From the NCBI GenBank assembly GCA_003427395.1, contig BFEA01000005.1:7700429-7764428 (forward strand): a stretch of 64,000 nt of DNA, written 5' to 3'. The notes beneath the pieces were generated by a model. That model was given only the letters and a program-made list of their open reading frames with translations, was not told the origin of the DNA and searched no databases. Positions 47,716 through 60,900 of this stretch are shown piece after piece. Made by a program: the position numbers and the translations under genes. Position 1 is the stretch's first letter; the number at the start of each line of letters is the position of its first letter. Source of the DNA: Chara braunii. Lineage: Eukaryota > Plantae > Charophyceae.

Positions 47716-50415
47716 CTGCTCCTCCTCAGCCCATTGACCCTCTTCCTTCTCCCTCGGCTGAGGAGAAGTCGAGCCTGCTCCATCGTAGGCAGACTTTCAG
47801 CAGCAGCCGGATGCTTTGGAGCGTCCACAGCGCACTCATCGTCGTCCTGCTCGATACGACGATTGACTCTGACTTATCTTCCCACGTCCTTAACTTCTGT
47901 GTACTCATGCACTCCAGTTTTGCCACTTCAGCTCATCGACATTGCAACTTTTCCTCGACGACATTCCGGACTTCTCATCATGGACGTCATCGGTAACTTC
48001 ACAACCTTCGTCACGATCAGCTCCACCTACTTCAGACGCCGTCACTCTCTTACCACCTTACCCTGTACGGTACCCTGGTTGTGTCGCTTGATGGTCTCCC
48101 CTAGCCGGGTTCCTCTGAGTTGGGCTCTCCCTTGGTATACGCATAGGCATCGAGACCGTAGCGTTGCCATGACTTCCCAACTTACGGATCCAGCTCCGGC
48201 TTCCCCCACCTTAGGAGTCATTTACATGATTCTCTTACCCATCACTTTTTCTACCCTCTGCAGGCCCTCACGCCCTAGTTAGGTAGCCTTGCATGCTTCA
48301 TCTAGGTGCGCCTAGTATACCAGGCTCCCTTATTCCCTTGCATGGTCGACCCTCCATAGTGGTCACCCCTTTAGTCGAGCATTACCCGCCCTGATGGCTT
48401 ATCTGTTAGGGTAATTGGTTTTGTTCGCTCCCAGTTCCCTACCCTCATTGAGCCTGATGACATGTGTCTCCCTGTCATTATGTGTGGATGCCCCTAGGAG
48501 TTTACCGACCCCTAGGCTGCATTCGCTACCCTCAAAGACCATCCCACCCTTTGGTTTGCGACACACTCCTCCTGTGACATATGGTTGTCTTGTTGTTGCT
48601 TTGTTGTTCTCAAGCTGAGGCTACTTCCTCTAACATTTCTAGGATTTAGTTGTTTCTACTTTTGCTGTTCTTCGGACTTATACACTAGTCAGCTGTTTCC
48701 AGACTGAGGCTACTGCCTCCAACATTCTAGGATTTAGTTTTCATTACTTTCTGCTTTCCTATGACATGTATATTAGTTAGTTGCTTCTGCTTTCACTTAG
48801 GCTATTAGCTGTGACATTGTTGTTTTTGTGACATTTTCTATCCTAGGTTGCATCACATGGACTCAGCATGGAGCTTGCTCCGCATCCTAGACTTCTCAGG
48901 TTTTGTTTTTCTTTGGTAGAGTTCCGCTTGTTGGCGGAAGCGTGCTTGTATCTAGGCGATCCATCACAGGCCGAGGATCATGTAGCGGACCTCTGGTTGG
49001 CTTGTGAGACCAGCCCCTTGGCCTGTTCTCACAGACCTGTGTTGTATTCGGGGTAGTCCACTCCAGACTGGTACCTCTGTCGGTACCAGCCGGTCCAGTC
49101 CAGTCCAGTCAGTCCGTTGGGGTATACCCCAGCCAGAGTCTGTATTTTGGATCATTCTGCATTCGCACAGTTTAAAGTACGTGCGTTGGAGTCTCGCGTG
49201 GGAGTTGCGTTGTGCCATCTTGCTCCACTCTCATCCTCCATCTCCATCTCTATCCTAGGCGGAGCACCACATCTGGTGGGTCTGCCACAAAGTGGCTGGT
49301 TGCCGTTCAAGCGGGCCCATTCAAGTGACCCTTATATTGAGTTGCTGATTGCTGTTCAGTCGGGCCCATTCAGGCAGACCCCTACATTGAGTTCTTGGTT
49401 GCTGTTCAAGTGGGCCCTTACATTGAGCTGCTTATTGTTGTTCAACTTGGTCCACTCAGGCAGACCCAAACATTGAGTTTATTGCCAATGAATTGGTTGA
49501 CCCATTGATTGAGTTGTTGCCTTTCAGATCGAATTGAGGTGGTTTTATTCATTGCGTTGCCGCCGACTTTCCCCTGTCACCAGGATATTGCTGATTGGTC
49601 GGTTACTCAAAGAGGTTGTTTATACCATACTTATAGGCTAGCCAACCTGACTCGCTAACCCGAGACAACCCCAAAGTGGGGCAAAATCGTTGAGAGGTTC
49701 TGATACCGACATATTGGACAACAAACTTTCACCATCAAGGCCAATGAGTCACCCACCTTGAGGCACACATTGGTGATTGCCCACTTGGTAAACGGTGCAA
49801 AAAAGAGAAGTGTGAAGGATGTGACTTATGATCAGATCGTTGATTATATTTTCTGCAAGGAGAGCTATTAGAGGGAACATTAGCTACACATATTGTTTCC
49901 CCAAGATCCCTCTGCACCCGGTGACACTCTATTTGATTTTAATGCATGCAATCCTAAGCCGTTTAGCAAGGCACGGAGCAAGGGCAAAAGACGTAAGGAT
50001 GAGCAAATCAGGAGCCAAGTAGCCCTCAATCTGAGTGGCGTATGAGTAGAAGGATTGGGTACCTTTGACTTGTGTTTGTTCAAAGGTGATGAAGGGGAGG
50101 AGGTGATGGTGCGATGATAAGTTAAACTCATATCATCTTATTATTATTATTGCCCATTGTGTCTATTTGTTGACGGACGTGTTTATAAAAATTAGAGATG
50201 TACGAGCTGGATCGGGATCCTTGCTGCGCGAGTGACGTTGACTTTGGGGATTACTTCGACTGGGACACTCACAACGATTGAGCTTATTTGGTTTTGAGTG
50301 GACGCTGGACGGCTCGTGACACTAGCTACCGGAACGAGGTGTAGACGAAAGGCAACCTTATGACGAATTGCGTATCTTTTGACACTTACTCGAGGCGGAT
50401 TGAATTAGACTTTAC

Positions 50416-50865
50416 ATGTCAGGACAACCCAAGTCGAAGGACGTAGCTGCTCCTTCGAGGGGAAAGGGACCAGTCTCGTATCTTCGGGATGACTACAGTA
50501 ACCTTGTGGGAGCAGACTTTGCTATGCAGGCTTTTCGGAAGCCCCTCTATGGATACCGCTTTCTCGAGGTATCTTATGACTATATCTACGACAAGGGACG
50601 TGTTGAGATCTTGATTGGAGCAACAAGAAATATTTTCTTGGCAAAAGAGTTGTACTTCAGGAGTGTCGAGGACGACGACATGACTCGGTGCATGACCTCC
50701 ATTATGCATATTGATCCGACAGCCTCTCTGGACATCATTTACGTGGTCTTTGAGTCAATTGCGACCCAGGTTCTTAATGACAAGGACGATCGGCGCGTAT
50801 TAGAAATGAAGTCCCCGACAACCGATCCCACTCACGAGGGGGTACTACTGGTGATCATTGACTGA
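50416..50865 (+). CDS. Intact LTR-encoded unknown 149-aa protein (ORF B)
   Basis: ATG-to-stop ORF with start, stop and codon-level conservation against 756-1192. Confidence 0.7.
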   Translation: MSGQPKSKDVAAPSRGKGPVSYLRDDYSNLVGADFAMQAFRKPLYGYRFLEVSYDYIYDKGRVEILIGATRNIFLAKELYFRSVEDDDMTRCMTSIMHIDPTASLDIIYVVFESIATQVLNDKDDRRVLEMKSPTTDPTHEGVLLVIID

Positions 50866-51405
50866 GGCCAATTCTTCTGTGTCACTGAGATGTAGATTAC
50901 TATTATTAATATAACTCTATAGTGACTGCAGTCCATCAATGACTGTTTTTTTCATTCCTTGTATACCGCTCTTCATTCTCGGATGTTCGATCATGGTCTT
51001 GCAGAGTCCGACTTTTGTTCTCCTCGTCTTGCATATGTTCTTTGTTATGTGACGTGTGGCATGAATGATCACTTTCTTCATTCCTTTTAATTCTTAGGTC
51101 ACACTCGAAGTTGTCTAAGGACTCCCTGGCAGGGACTCCAACGACTTTGAGTCTGAGTTTTACACGGGGTCAAACGCAGGCGACAAAACCAAACGCCTCG
51201 CTCTAAGCCGTGTCGCCGCCGACAAGAGGGATGATGGTATCTACTCGACCAAACTGCCGAGAGAGTGAATAAGACATATATGTATTTAATATTAAAAAAT
51301 AACCAAAAAATATTGCGTGACGGCCTGTCGGTACACCAGCCCACCACACTCGGTCAGAGAGGAATACCGAACCCGATCTTGAAAGTGGTGGGAGTGCGAC
51401 AAAAA

Positions 51406-51424
51406 TGGTGCTCTTGCTGGGGAC
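51406..51424 (+). other. Degenerate tRNA-Asp primer-binding site
   Basis: TGGTGCTCTTGCTGGGGA vs Athila-type TGGCGCCGTTGCCGGGGA (3 C>T changes, 1 G>C), after a 4-nt spacer from the LTR end. Confidence 0.6.
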
Positions 51425-51996
51425 TAAAAAATCTTGAGTTCTTGGGAATGGACGCTGGTCACAATATTTGGTGACTATGTAGCAGTCTTAGGAAATTGGG
51501 CCTTGCTCATGTCACAAGGACTTTTGGCTAGAGGATCCTTGAGATGATGGACCTCTTGCAGAGGTGTGCGTAAAATGGTTCGGGCCTACAAGCAAAGCGT
51601 TTGGAACTTGTTTTCTCGCCCCCCTGCTTCACGAGTCTATAAGTTCGATACTAAACGATGACTGAAGAGTAAAATGTTTTAGAACCCTAACTCGCGTCAC
51701 TTGTAGTGAAACCTTTCCGTATATGTTTATTAAATGTATCACGTGTGAGAAAGACACAGCGATTGTGCATGTTTTTGTCTCTAAAATCCTCGACACATAT
51801 GATTATAATATTCGACCGTACATTCCAGAGGGTGTTGATTGAGATCCTGATCTCTTCTCTAATTGGGATGCTATTGTGAGTTGTGTCAAGCCGGAGAGGG
51901 ATCAATTTAGAGAGCTAGGGATAGCGACGAGTTGAAGCTTAGTGCCAAGGATCTATCAGAAAATTTAAACCCCACCAGAGCCCAGAGGGTTTTCTG

Positions 51997-52338
51997 ATGG
52001 TAGAAATTGACTACCTATTATTAATGCTGCACCGAGGAGGCAGAGTTGATAGGCAACCCATGTTTGCGGTAGCGAAAGCTATAGAGACACTGAATAGGAT
52101 TATAGCTGGCGGTGATTTCTCATACATCATCGAGCGGTGTGTGACCTGCGAGCACGACTCTGTGATCCTATACGTCCTTGTTATTCGATTTCTTGATAGT
52201 GATGAGTATGATGTAAGACCATATGTATCTGTCGAGACAAGGAGAGAGATTGACTACGAGACATGCAGGATAGTTGCTGCTAAATATATCTTGGATGAGG
52301 GGTTATTGTTGAAACAACAAGGAAGAAAGCTGACGTGA
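51997..52338 (+). CDS. Unknown small accessory ORF (paralog 1)
   Basis: GGDFSYIIERC..YVLVIRFLDSDEYDVRPYV, paralogous to 53345-53740. Confidence 0.55.
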   Translation: MVEIDYLLLMLHRGGRVDRQPMFAVAKAIETLNRIIAGGDFSYIIERCVTCEHDSVILYVLVIRFLDSDEYDVRPYVSVETRREIDYETCRIVAAKYILDEGLLLKQQGRKLT

Positions 52339-53344
52339 AGTGTTCTGCCTAAAATTTGAAAGGTTCCCAAGTCCTCCTATACCGAGCAGTTTTTGTAACG
52401 GGAAGGACTGAGGCCCAATTCTTAATGCAGTATTGAGAGGTCGTGTTTGGTAAGTCATGCAAGGCGAGGTTTATAATCCTGATGATGGGAAGGTTTTCTG
52501 CTTCGAGGTCTATCTAGACAAACAGCGAGCGACCGTCATCGAGATTGTGAGGGGATGAAATACTAGGCTAGGTAGACATGATAATATCGACATGGTAGAG
52601 CATTATCTTGAGCTTATGCAAGCGGCTGCTTTTTTGAGCGATTACGAATCAGACCAAGATTAAGCATCTCATGGACTACAAGAGCTCGGGTGACAGAAAA
52701 GTGATGTTCAAGTTACATACGAGACAAAAAACCACCTTATCCGCCAAACAACGGGCAACAAATAGTTTAATAAAAAAAGGTAGAAATGACCCAAATTTGT
52801 GATGGCTGAGTATGCCGCTGATATGAATCAAGCGCTTGAGAGGATGTCAGATAAAATATTAGATTTGGTCATCAGTAGTGTGACTCCGGAAGAGTTGGTA
52901 AAAATCGGGCAACCGTAAGGCAAAAAACGCTAGTTAAGTACGCATCTCGGTAACTATCAGACATGAAGAAATATTGGCATTGCAAAAGACAATGTCAAAG
53001 ACCCATTGAAGGTAATTTAGTAAAGAAGGGCATAAAATGATAGCTGGCCAGACAAGAATCTGAGAATGTAAGAGCGATTCTTCACAGTTTGAGTTATGAG
53101 GATTGTTGCTTATTAGGAACCTTGATCTGTTGTAGGAAGGAGCATAATCCAGTGATAGAAGTGGTGAAAATTAGGAGAGGGGCATCCTACCTTGACGACA
53201 CCGAGGGAAAACTCTACATCGACACTGACATCTATGAAGTAGAGAAAGAGCATAAGGTTTATGACGATACAGGAAGGTTGAAGGTCATATTAAGAGAGGC
53301 TAGAAATTAAGCAATATCAAGCTACTGTCCGGTGATCACGGCGC

Positions 53345-53740
53345 GTGACGACGACACTAGACACGTTAGTTCCCTTTACAAGTGGAGGAGACTTTCCTTA
53401 CAAGACAGAATGTTGTATTTCCCTAGAGGAGAGACACACCCCTGGGAAGACTTATATTCTTGTAATAAGGTTCCTTGACACCAACAAATACGATATTCGG
53501 TCGTACGTCCCTTCATTGAGGGAAAGAGGGACCGAACGCGAGTCATTCGGTCATTGGGTAAGTAATGTTATTAACCAAGAAAAGAAAGAGTTACAAAGAA
53601 AATTGTCGAAAGTAACATCTAGTACGAGATTGATAATTTTTTACAAGATCCCTGAACCACTCCCGCCGGAAAGCTTTATTGACGGTCCGAATCGGGAACC
53701 TATTATAAACGTGGTCTCACGAGAAGAGAGACATAGATAA
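53345..53740 (+). CDS. Unknown small accessory ORF (paralog 2)
   Basis: GGDFPYKTECC..YILVIRFLDTNKYDIRSYV; true start uncertain. Confidence 0.55.
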   Translation: MTTTLDTLVPFTSGGDFPYKTECCISLEERHTPGKTYILVIRFLDTNKYDIRSYVPSLRERGTERESFGHWVSNVINQEKKELQRKLSKVTSSTRLIIFYKIPEPLPPESFIDGPNREPIINVVSREERHR

Positions 53741-54084
53741 TGTAGATGTACAGATAGATTGTATGAAACAGTTAAGGTAGCAAGCGCTCGACAAGACCAG
53801 GTTAGTTCCTCTGCATGACCGGGAAAAGTAACCGCTACCAATGTCCCATAGGAGATGCTGAATATGATAAAGGTCATGAAGATAATAATGAACAATATAT
53901 TCCTAAAGCTAAGGTTCCGCCGAAGAATATACCTTGCTTTGACGAGACCAAGAGCAGAGAGTTATTGAAAGATTATGATATCTTTGGGATGATTCGTGGC
54001 TGGTCAAGCAAGCAGAAGTCAAAAGTTGTGTTGCTCTACGTGGAGCATGAGATGAGAATGTTTGTAACCAGGACGATGGGTTGA
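53740..54084 (+). pseudogene. Probable gag N-terminus
   Basis: IPCFDE....LLKDYDIFGMIRGW pattern resembles a retrotransposon gag start; stops are explicable as C>T changes. Confidence 0.45.
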
Positions 54085-54129
54085 CATTAGACAAGGATGC
54101 TAAGGGATGGTGCTAAACAAAGGATGCTA

Positions 54130-54960
54130 CAAAATGACAGCTCCATTGAGAGTAGTACGTGGTAGAGAGAGGCATTAGAAGTGATCGATGATATGCATGA
54201 AGATCTGGGATGGGGTTATAGAGGTGTTAATGCAACTTATTATAAAGTGTCTAGATTATACTACTGGATGGTCTCATAGATATGGCTATTAGATACTTCA
54301 AGTGTTATGAGGCCTGTCAGAAAATGTCGTCAATGAGGTTGATTGAGCTCTTCTACCTCACCGTCCTTGTTGAATCTGGTAGTACTGTTCAACTTCATCT
54401 AATCACTATACCACATGGAAAGAAAAAAATGAATTATATATTAAATATGATAGAGAATATGTTTGGTTATGTTAAGGCTAAAACTATTAAAAAAAAAAAC
54501 TGCAAAAGTAATGGCAGATTGGATTGAAGAAATTTACTTAAGTTACTCCTTCATACATGAGTTCGTGGCTGATCAAGGATCAGAGTTCAAGAATGAGATG
54601 GTCAAAAAACTTATGTTCATACTTTAGGTCAGAGTCAGATTTGTGACACCATATCATCCTCAGGCCAATGTAGCGGTTGAGAGAGGTCACATGACACTGA
54701 AGGATGCGATATCAAAATGGTGTCAAGGCGACTCAAGGAACCGACCATCTTTCTTGAGAGTGGTTATTTATAGTGACAATGTGACTGTAAAGGGGACTAC
54801 AAATTATGCACCTATCACACTCTAGTACGGTCTATATGCTACTTCTCTCATGCAGAACCTGGTTGAGACTCGGACTCACGAGCTGCAGAGAGATCCACAG
54901 AGGAGCTGCTTAGATTGAGGGTGAGACTAATTAAGGAAGTGGATGAAGCTATAATTAAGG
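54130..54960 (+). pseudogene. Degenerate Gypsy integrase
   Basis: HHCC-like region (MHED..YYW..CYEACQK), ADQGSEF and TPYHPQANVAVERGH. Confidence 0.85.
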
Positions 54961-57900
54961 GAACAAAGCGGATGTCAAGAAACAAAGTTATCTGATCAGA
55001 CGAGGTAGAACAACAAGAGGCTCATATGCCGCTAGCTTATGCTGGGTCGTGGCTTGTACTATGCCACAAACTTTGAATTATGATGGATGTGTTGGGTCGT
55101 GGTTCATATGCCGCTAGCTTAGGATGTGTTAGGCCGTGACTCGTGTGCCGCCAACATCGGATGTTGACAGCGTGTTGGGACGTGGCCCGGATGCCTCCAA
55201 CTATGGATTATCATAGCCACCGTTGACTGGATATGATTTTGGACGAGGACTTCACATTTTTGATTGCATGAGCTGGATACGAGCAACGTTTCATGGCTTG
55301 ACTATCAGAGTTCGACTCAGGTTGTCTACCTGACCCAGCTGGTCCTAGGGGTTTATTGACCAGCATTCAGTGGTAGACTCATGTGTCTACCGGGCCCAGA
55401 TTGAACCTAATTTTGTTGTGCCGGTGAGTAAACATTTAAATTTCATCTCCTTGCATTGTATCTGGCTTGCCACGTATTGAGTCCTCGGGATACGATTGCG
55501 GGATTGGGAGAAAACTTATGGGATTTTAGTTCCAGGACCTGCTTCTGGTTGTATTTTATTGGTTTGAATGACATTGTAGCAATGTGGAATGAATGGTTGC
55601 GGGATACACTGAAATATGTTCTTCTTCCTCTCATAAGTAAGTGGTCAGGTGATGGGGAAATCTTTTTCTACGAGTGAGTAAGGAGGATTGCCTAGCATCA
55701 TTTGACATTGGCTGATTGATTATCTGCGAAAGGGGGTGATGTTTGGTCAAGTGAAGCGTTTCAATGACAAGGGGCTCAACATCACCGTTGACGGGGTTCC
55801 CTCTCCAGGTTGGACCTTCACGACTAAGCACCACTAGACTCTGAAGAGATAGACAAATAGCAAAGTATCATAGTCGATGGGGTGATCTATTCGACCCTTT
55901 GCGGTCGAAGCGAAGATCACCAAGCATCGCAACAGATTGAAGCTTGCTGCATTCTTGGCAATGGTTGGGTTGTTTCCACTGCAGCCGCCAGATTCTTGCA
56001 ATGGTTTACCGATGAGGGTCTAACATTAGTGCATCCACTGCGGTGTCAAAACTCAAAATCATCGTGAAGGGGCAGAGAGTTTCAGTTGTGCCTCTTAAGC
56101 AAAAGATGATTCCTTGAAGCATGATTTCATAGGTTCCGAGGCTAGTTGAGTTGACGAAGTATCTGAGCCGCCGTGGCTGACAACTTCGGACCCTCAGGTG
56201 GTTAGCCGTTCCCGGGTTGCCACGTGGTGATTTGGTACGCTTATTAGAAAGGAAGCAGGCATCTTGAGCCTCTCCCGATCAAAATCCGGCAACTGGTTAA
56301 TCTAGGTGGTTGGCTCCTACTGTCACTCTGATTGGGGTGTCTCTTAGGAGCCATGTCACCAACGACATTCCCTTGGCATCGAGCCAACCCAGGTATCCAC
56401 AACCCAGTTGATGACAATCAGGTGGGGATTACCGCCTCCTAGCCCACTGTCATTAAGCTTAAATTGTGGACTTGTTTTGACTCACTCGCACAGTTTGGTT
56501 GGGTGTTGGCGGGCTCCCCACATGTTTTGCAAGAGTCGGGATGACGGAAGAAGTTAAGCGAGCAGACGGGTGCTATGACGTCGGTTAAGAACATCCGGAC
56601 CGTGGGTCTGCACTCATTGGAGTGAGAGCTTCAAGAAGGGGTGTGCGACTCCTTGTGAGCTGTTCTGAGTAAGGGCTCAGATGGTCGTCGGACCGCCATG
56701 ACTGGGAATCAGAACTGAATTTGCTTTGCTTACCGGGTTGGGCCAGCATAGGAACCCACCAGGGTAGGCAGTGACACTCTCAGAACGCCTAAGGGTAAGA
56801 CTCTTGGGGTGAATGAGGAAGGGGTGTTGGCAAAGGTCGTTAGGGAAGACCCTTGTCTCGTCTTTTTTTTATTGTATGACTCGACTTTTGTTTTACAGGT
56901 ACCCTGCAGTCAGACGAAAACAACGGGGTTTGGTATGACCCAACAGTAAGCGGCCGAGAGCCGACAAAGAAACAAAAAGGGGTTTGATATGTTCCTCCCC
57001 TTATGAGGCAGCCTTTGTCCAAAATAGCTTGTACGATCCTGAGCTCGATGATTTGGTACCATATCCACCCATGAATGACTTGTGATTGAGATGCTGACGA
57101 GGATTATGCTGATTGATGATGCGGCGCTGATTGATTGCATGGATGAGATGGACTGATCTGCTAAGTACTGTACTGAGAGCAAAGGGACATCATGGATGAG
57201 ATGCTCAGGCTGGGACTGAGACTTGGATTACTAGGCCAGACCCAACGAGGGGTTTGGTTTAAGATTGGACTGACTTGATGCTGTAAGGAAACAGGATTGA
57301 TAAGATGATTAGGCTGTGTGAGCGGCTGTGAGCTTGTGATATGAGATATCCGTGAGATGGTATTTGTGTGCGGTGGTCACACCACGCAAGACCGATGAGA
57401 CTGATCCTTCTTTGATTTTGATGGTGGCTTAGACCAGAGGTCCATGCCTTATTGAGCGAGCACTCGAGCCCTCACGGGCGAGCACCCTGAAAGTCGGAGT
57501 TTTGTTTTATATAATACCTCTGTATATTAGGTAGCACACGAGCTCGCACAACTCAAGCTAGCATATGAAAAACAACGCAAGCGTGATGCACACACGATGG
57601 TCAGACGTTGTTGTTTGATGGATGACTGTCGAATCCGACACACGTGGCAACGGTGATGGCGTAGGGCGAGGCGGATGTGGCAGGACGACGAGTTCATAGG
57701 GGTGAGGATGAGCAGAGGAAGAAGGGAGATATGGCAATGGGTTTGATCGTGAAGGAAGTTCGAAGCGTTGAGGTGGAGCACCGTAGTGTTGCTCATATTA
57801 TATGCATAGTATGTCATCCTCCCTTGGGATGGTGTGAGGTCGCGCCAGGCGGCGCAGCCTTATCCCTTCCCATTTGTCTTCCTCCTCTTCCTCTTCCTCT

Positions 57901-60900
57901 TCCTCCTCCGGCCTCTCCCTCTCATGCGTCAAGTCGATTGGTCGATCGACCGCCTTTCTTTGATGACCACCTCTCCCTCATCCAACGTTTGAATCATGAG
58001 TCTTCAGCAACATGGCGAAAACGACTTAGCGAGTGGATGAGCGAGAAGAGGATGAAAAGTAAACACTGCGTTATGACAAATGTGGTGCGAAAGTGTGAGC
58101 ACACAAACGAATGATGGTGCGAGTGGCGAGGCGCAAGCGAGTTAGAAATGACAACGGTGATGATAATAACGCAACACACTTGCGCAACAAGTTGAGAAAC
58201 GAATGCCGATAATAAGTAAGTCCGCTACCTTTTACAGTAACGAGACCCTGACGCCGCTGACGGGGACTCCAAGGATGGTGTTTTGTTTGGTGGTCGGAGG
58301 GAGACGCGTCATCTCAACGAAAGTTGACTCGCTGCGGTCAGCCTCCACGCTTTGTCAAATCTGCGCCAATCAAAGTCCACGGTTGACTAGAGTCAACATG
58401 GTGTTTGGTTTTTCCGTGGGCCTAGTTAACTGAAAAGACGGCACGATGGTCCAACCTCATAGATGCCGAATCACGGCCTTTGGGCTGAATCGTCGCACGA
58501 CCTCAAGAGTCAAATTAGTGGGACCCGGTTCAAACGCCGCTGAAAGCGAGCCGAGGGTTGTCGGGAAAGGTACAACCAAAAATGATCAAGGGAACACGGG
58601 ATTGGGCCCTAATTATAATTAAGAGGGGTTCGGTTTATTTTTAGAACGAGACCGACCCTTTGTATTCCAAGGTCAGACCCGTCCCAATCCCGCACTTTTT
58701 TTAGCATGGGCCTGGTCTATTTTTAGAACGGGGGCGATCATTCGTATTCAAAGGTCAAGCCAGTTCCAGTTCCGCGCTATTTTTAGCACAGGCCCATGTT
58801 ATTTTTAGCGCAGGCTCACGCTATTTTTAGAGTAGACCCGTGTCAATTTTAGCACACGACTGGCTGTTCGTATTCCAAGGTCGGGACTGGTTCTAATTTT
58901 AGCACAGGCCTGGTTTATTTTTAGCACTGGCTCCGACCATGAAACTGTGGCACTTGGGCCCGATCATCCAGCGTCTCCACAACGAAAAGAGAGGTTGTAT
59001 CACTCATGACACATGTGATGCTGTATCAATCATTAGACACGCGTGTTCGAAAAGCGGAAGGACTGGCGGATCGACGAGAAGTTGCAAGGATAAGGGCTAC
59101 GATTCTAGACCAAGTAGGAGAAGGAACAAGACCGCGACAAACAAGAGAGAGGTAAGGGAAGGGGGTGAGGCTGCTTGGTGTGGAGGCAGAGATCCGAGTT
59201 TCCACTTCGGCTGCTCCCGCTTCTGCCGCCTTTTCGTCCGCCTCCTCTCCCTTTTTTCTCTCTCCCTCCTTTGCTCCGTCTTTTCTCCGCTCCTTGCTCC
59301 TTCCTCCTCTCCTCTCTCCCTTTCCTTGTCCTGCTCACCCCACCTCTTCATTACCCGTTTCAATTGGTCGTTTATGTGTGCGCCCCACTATGGCCCCGCA
59401 CGTACTTTATTATGATCCATGCACGCTCCACTGTGATTTGCGCGTGCTCCACACGTGCACCCCACTGTGATTCGCATGCGCCCTGTTGAGGCCCGCGCAC
59501 ACTCTCCATTGTGATCGATCTGCTCGCGCCCATCTACTACTTGAAAGCCTGCCTTGCTGCTACTGGCGTGCGCCCCCGGCTACTACTTGCACACGTGCCC
59601 TGCTACTAATTGCACACGAGCACACAATCCGTTGCAACCCGCATGCTCTGTGTGCCCGCACTTCATTATGCCCTTGCATGCGCTATTGTGAATCATGATC
59701 TACTCACCCTTGCACGAGTTGTTGTCGCTAGTGATCTGCGTGTCCGACGCATCGTACTGGTGCTCGTGCGCCTTGCATCCGGAGCCAAAATCAAGGTCGA
59801 ATGCACTTGGGAATTGAACGTTTCTTTTCTTTTGAGTAGGGGCTAGTTGTGGGGCATTGGGGCTAAGGAATTGACCCCCATTGCAGTCCGAGTTGCAACG
59901 GACTGCATGGGGGAGAGAAAATACATGTTCTAGATGCATCCGGAGCCAATATTGAACCCGGATGCACTAGAAAATTTAACGCTTCATTTTCTTTTAACAT
60001 GGGGCAAGTTGTGGGGCTGTGGGTGTAGAAAACAGCCATGACTGCAGTCCGAGAAATTACGGACTGCATGGGGATGCCAAGGCAAAAGGGTAATAGGCTA
60101 CCAGAAACCCGGGAGGCTAGAAAGGAGCAATTTCAACAAAAGGCAAGTAAAGACTGTAAATGGCAACCGTAAGATGAGATCCCGCGGCCTAGAAAAATCG
60201 GGACACATGTAGAAATAATGGGACCACCAAGGGCAATGGACCCCCAAAAAAATAAAAATAGGACGCCGTCCGAAATATTGTCGGGGACCAAATGGGTCCA
60301 AATAATAAAAATCGAAAAACGGGACACGCGCCGATGGGACCGCCGGCGGGACAAAGAAATGAAGCTAGCATGTAGGAAAATGACGGGGACTTGGGATGTC
60401 CCAAGGGAACCATGAACAAACACAAGGAATAATTGTGCAAGCAAACGGCACCATCGAGATCGAGGATCTAGACGGTGGAAAATATTAGCACCACTAGTGG
60501 AAGCAAGTGGGAGAGCCATGGGAGAAAGAAAAGTGAAATAAGGATGTTGGGAAGGCTGCCCAGCAGTCCGGGATATCTCGGACTAGCAAGGCATAAGAAA
60601 ATAGAGCCTTGAGAGACTCAACATGAGAAAAAGGCTGCCCTCAGAAAATTGGAGCAAAAGGGGCTAAAAAATGGGCAAACGGGAGCAAAATGGAGCCCCT
60701 TAGGAGCATAGGGGTGCCATTATTGGAATCCGAGATTTAACGGCCAAGTAACAGCCAAGTAACAGCCATGAACCTGGCCTTGAAGGAGACCCTAGGGCTT
60801 AGAAAGAAGGTGCACAACAGTTTGACACTTATCACAACAGAAATAAAAGAAAAGGAAAAAAAAAAAGAGAGAAAAAGGAGAGAGAATGAGACAAAAAGGG

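Larger units (their letters stand above)
42886..51401 (+). mobile_element. Putative very long 5' LTR (TGTC...GACA) with embedded pol fragment; left boundary tentative
   Basis: TGTCC begins where the LINE APE breaks off; ends GCGACA before a PBS; 49300-51401 matches 1-1713. Confidence 0.45.

Noticed and set aside
55000-59700. Further LTR/DNA-transposon remnants, including tttttagca repeats at 58620-58930
   Set aside because: Probably TE-derived, but I could not establish termini, TSDs or domains.
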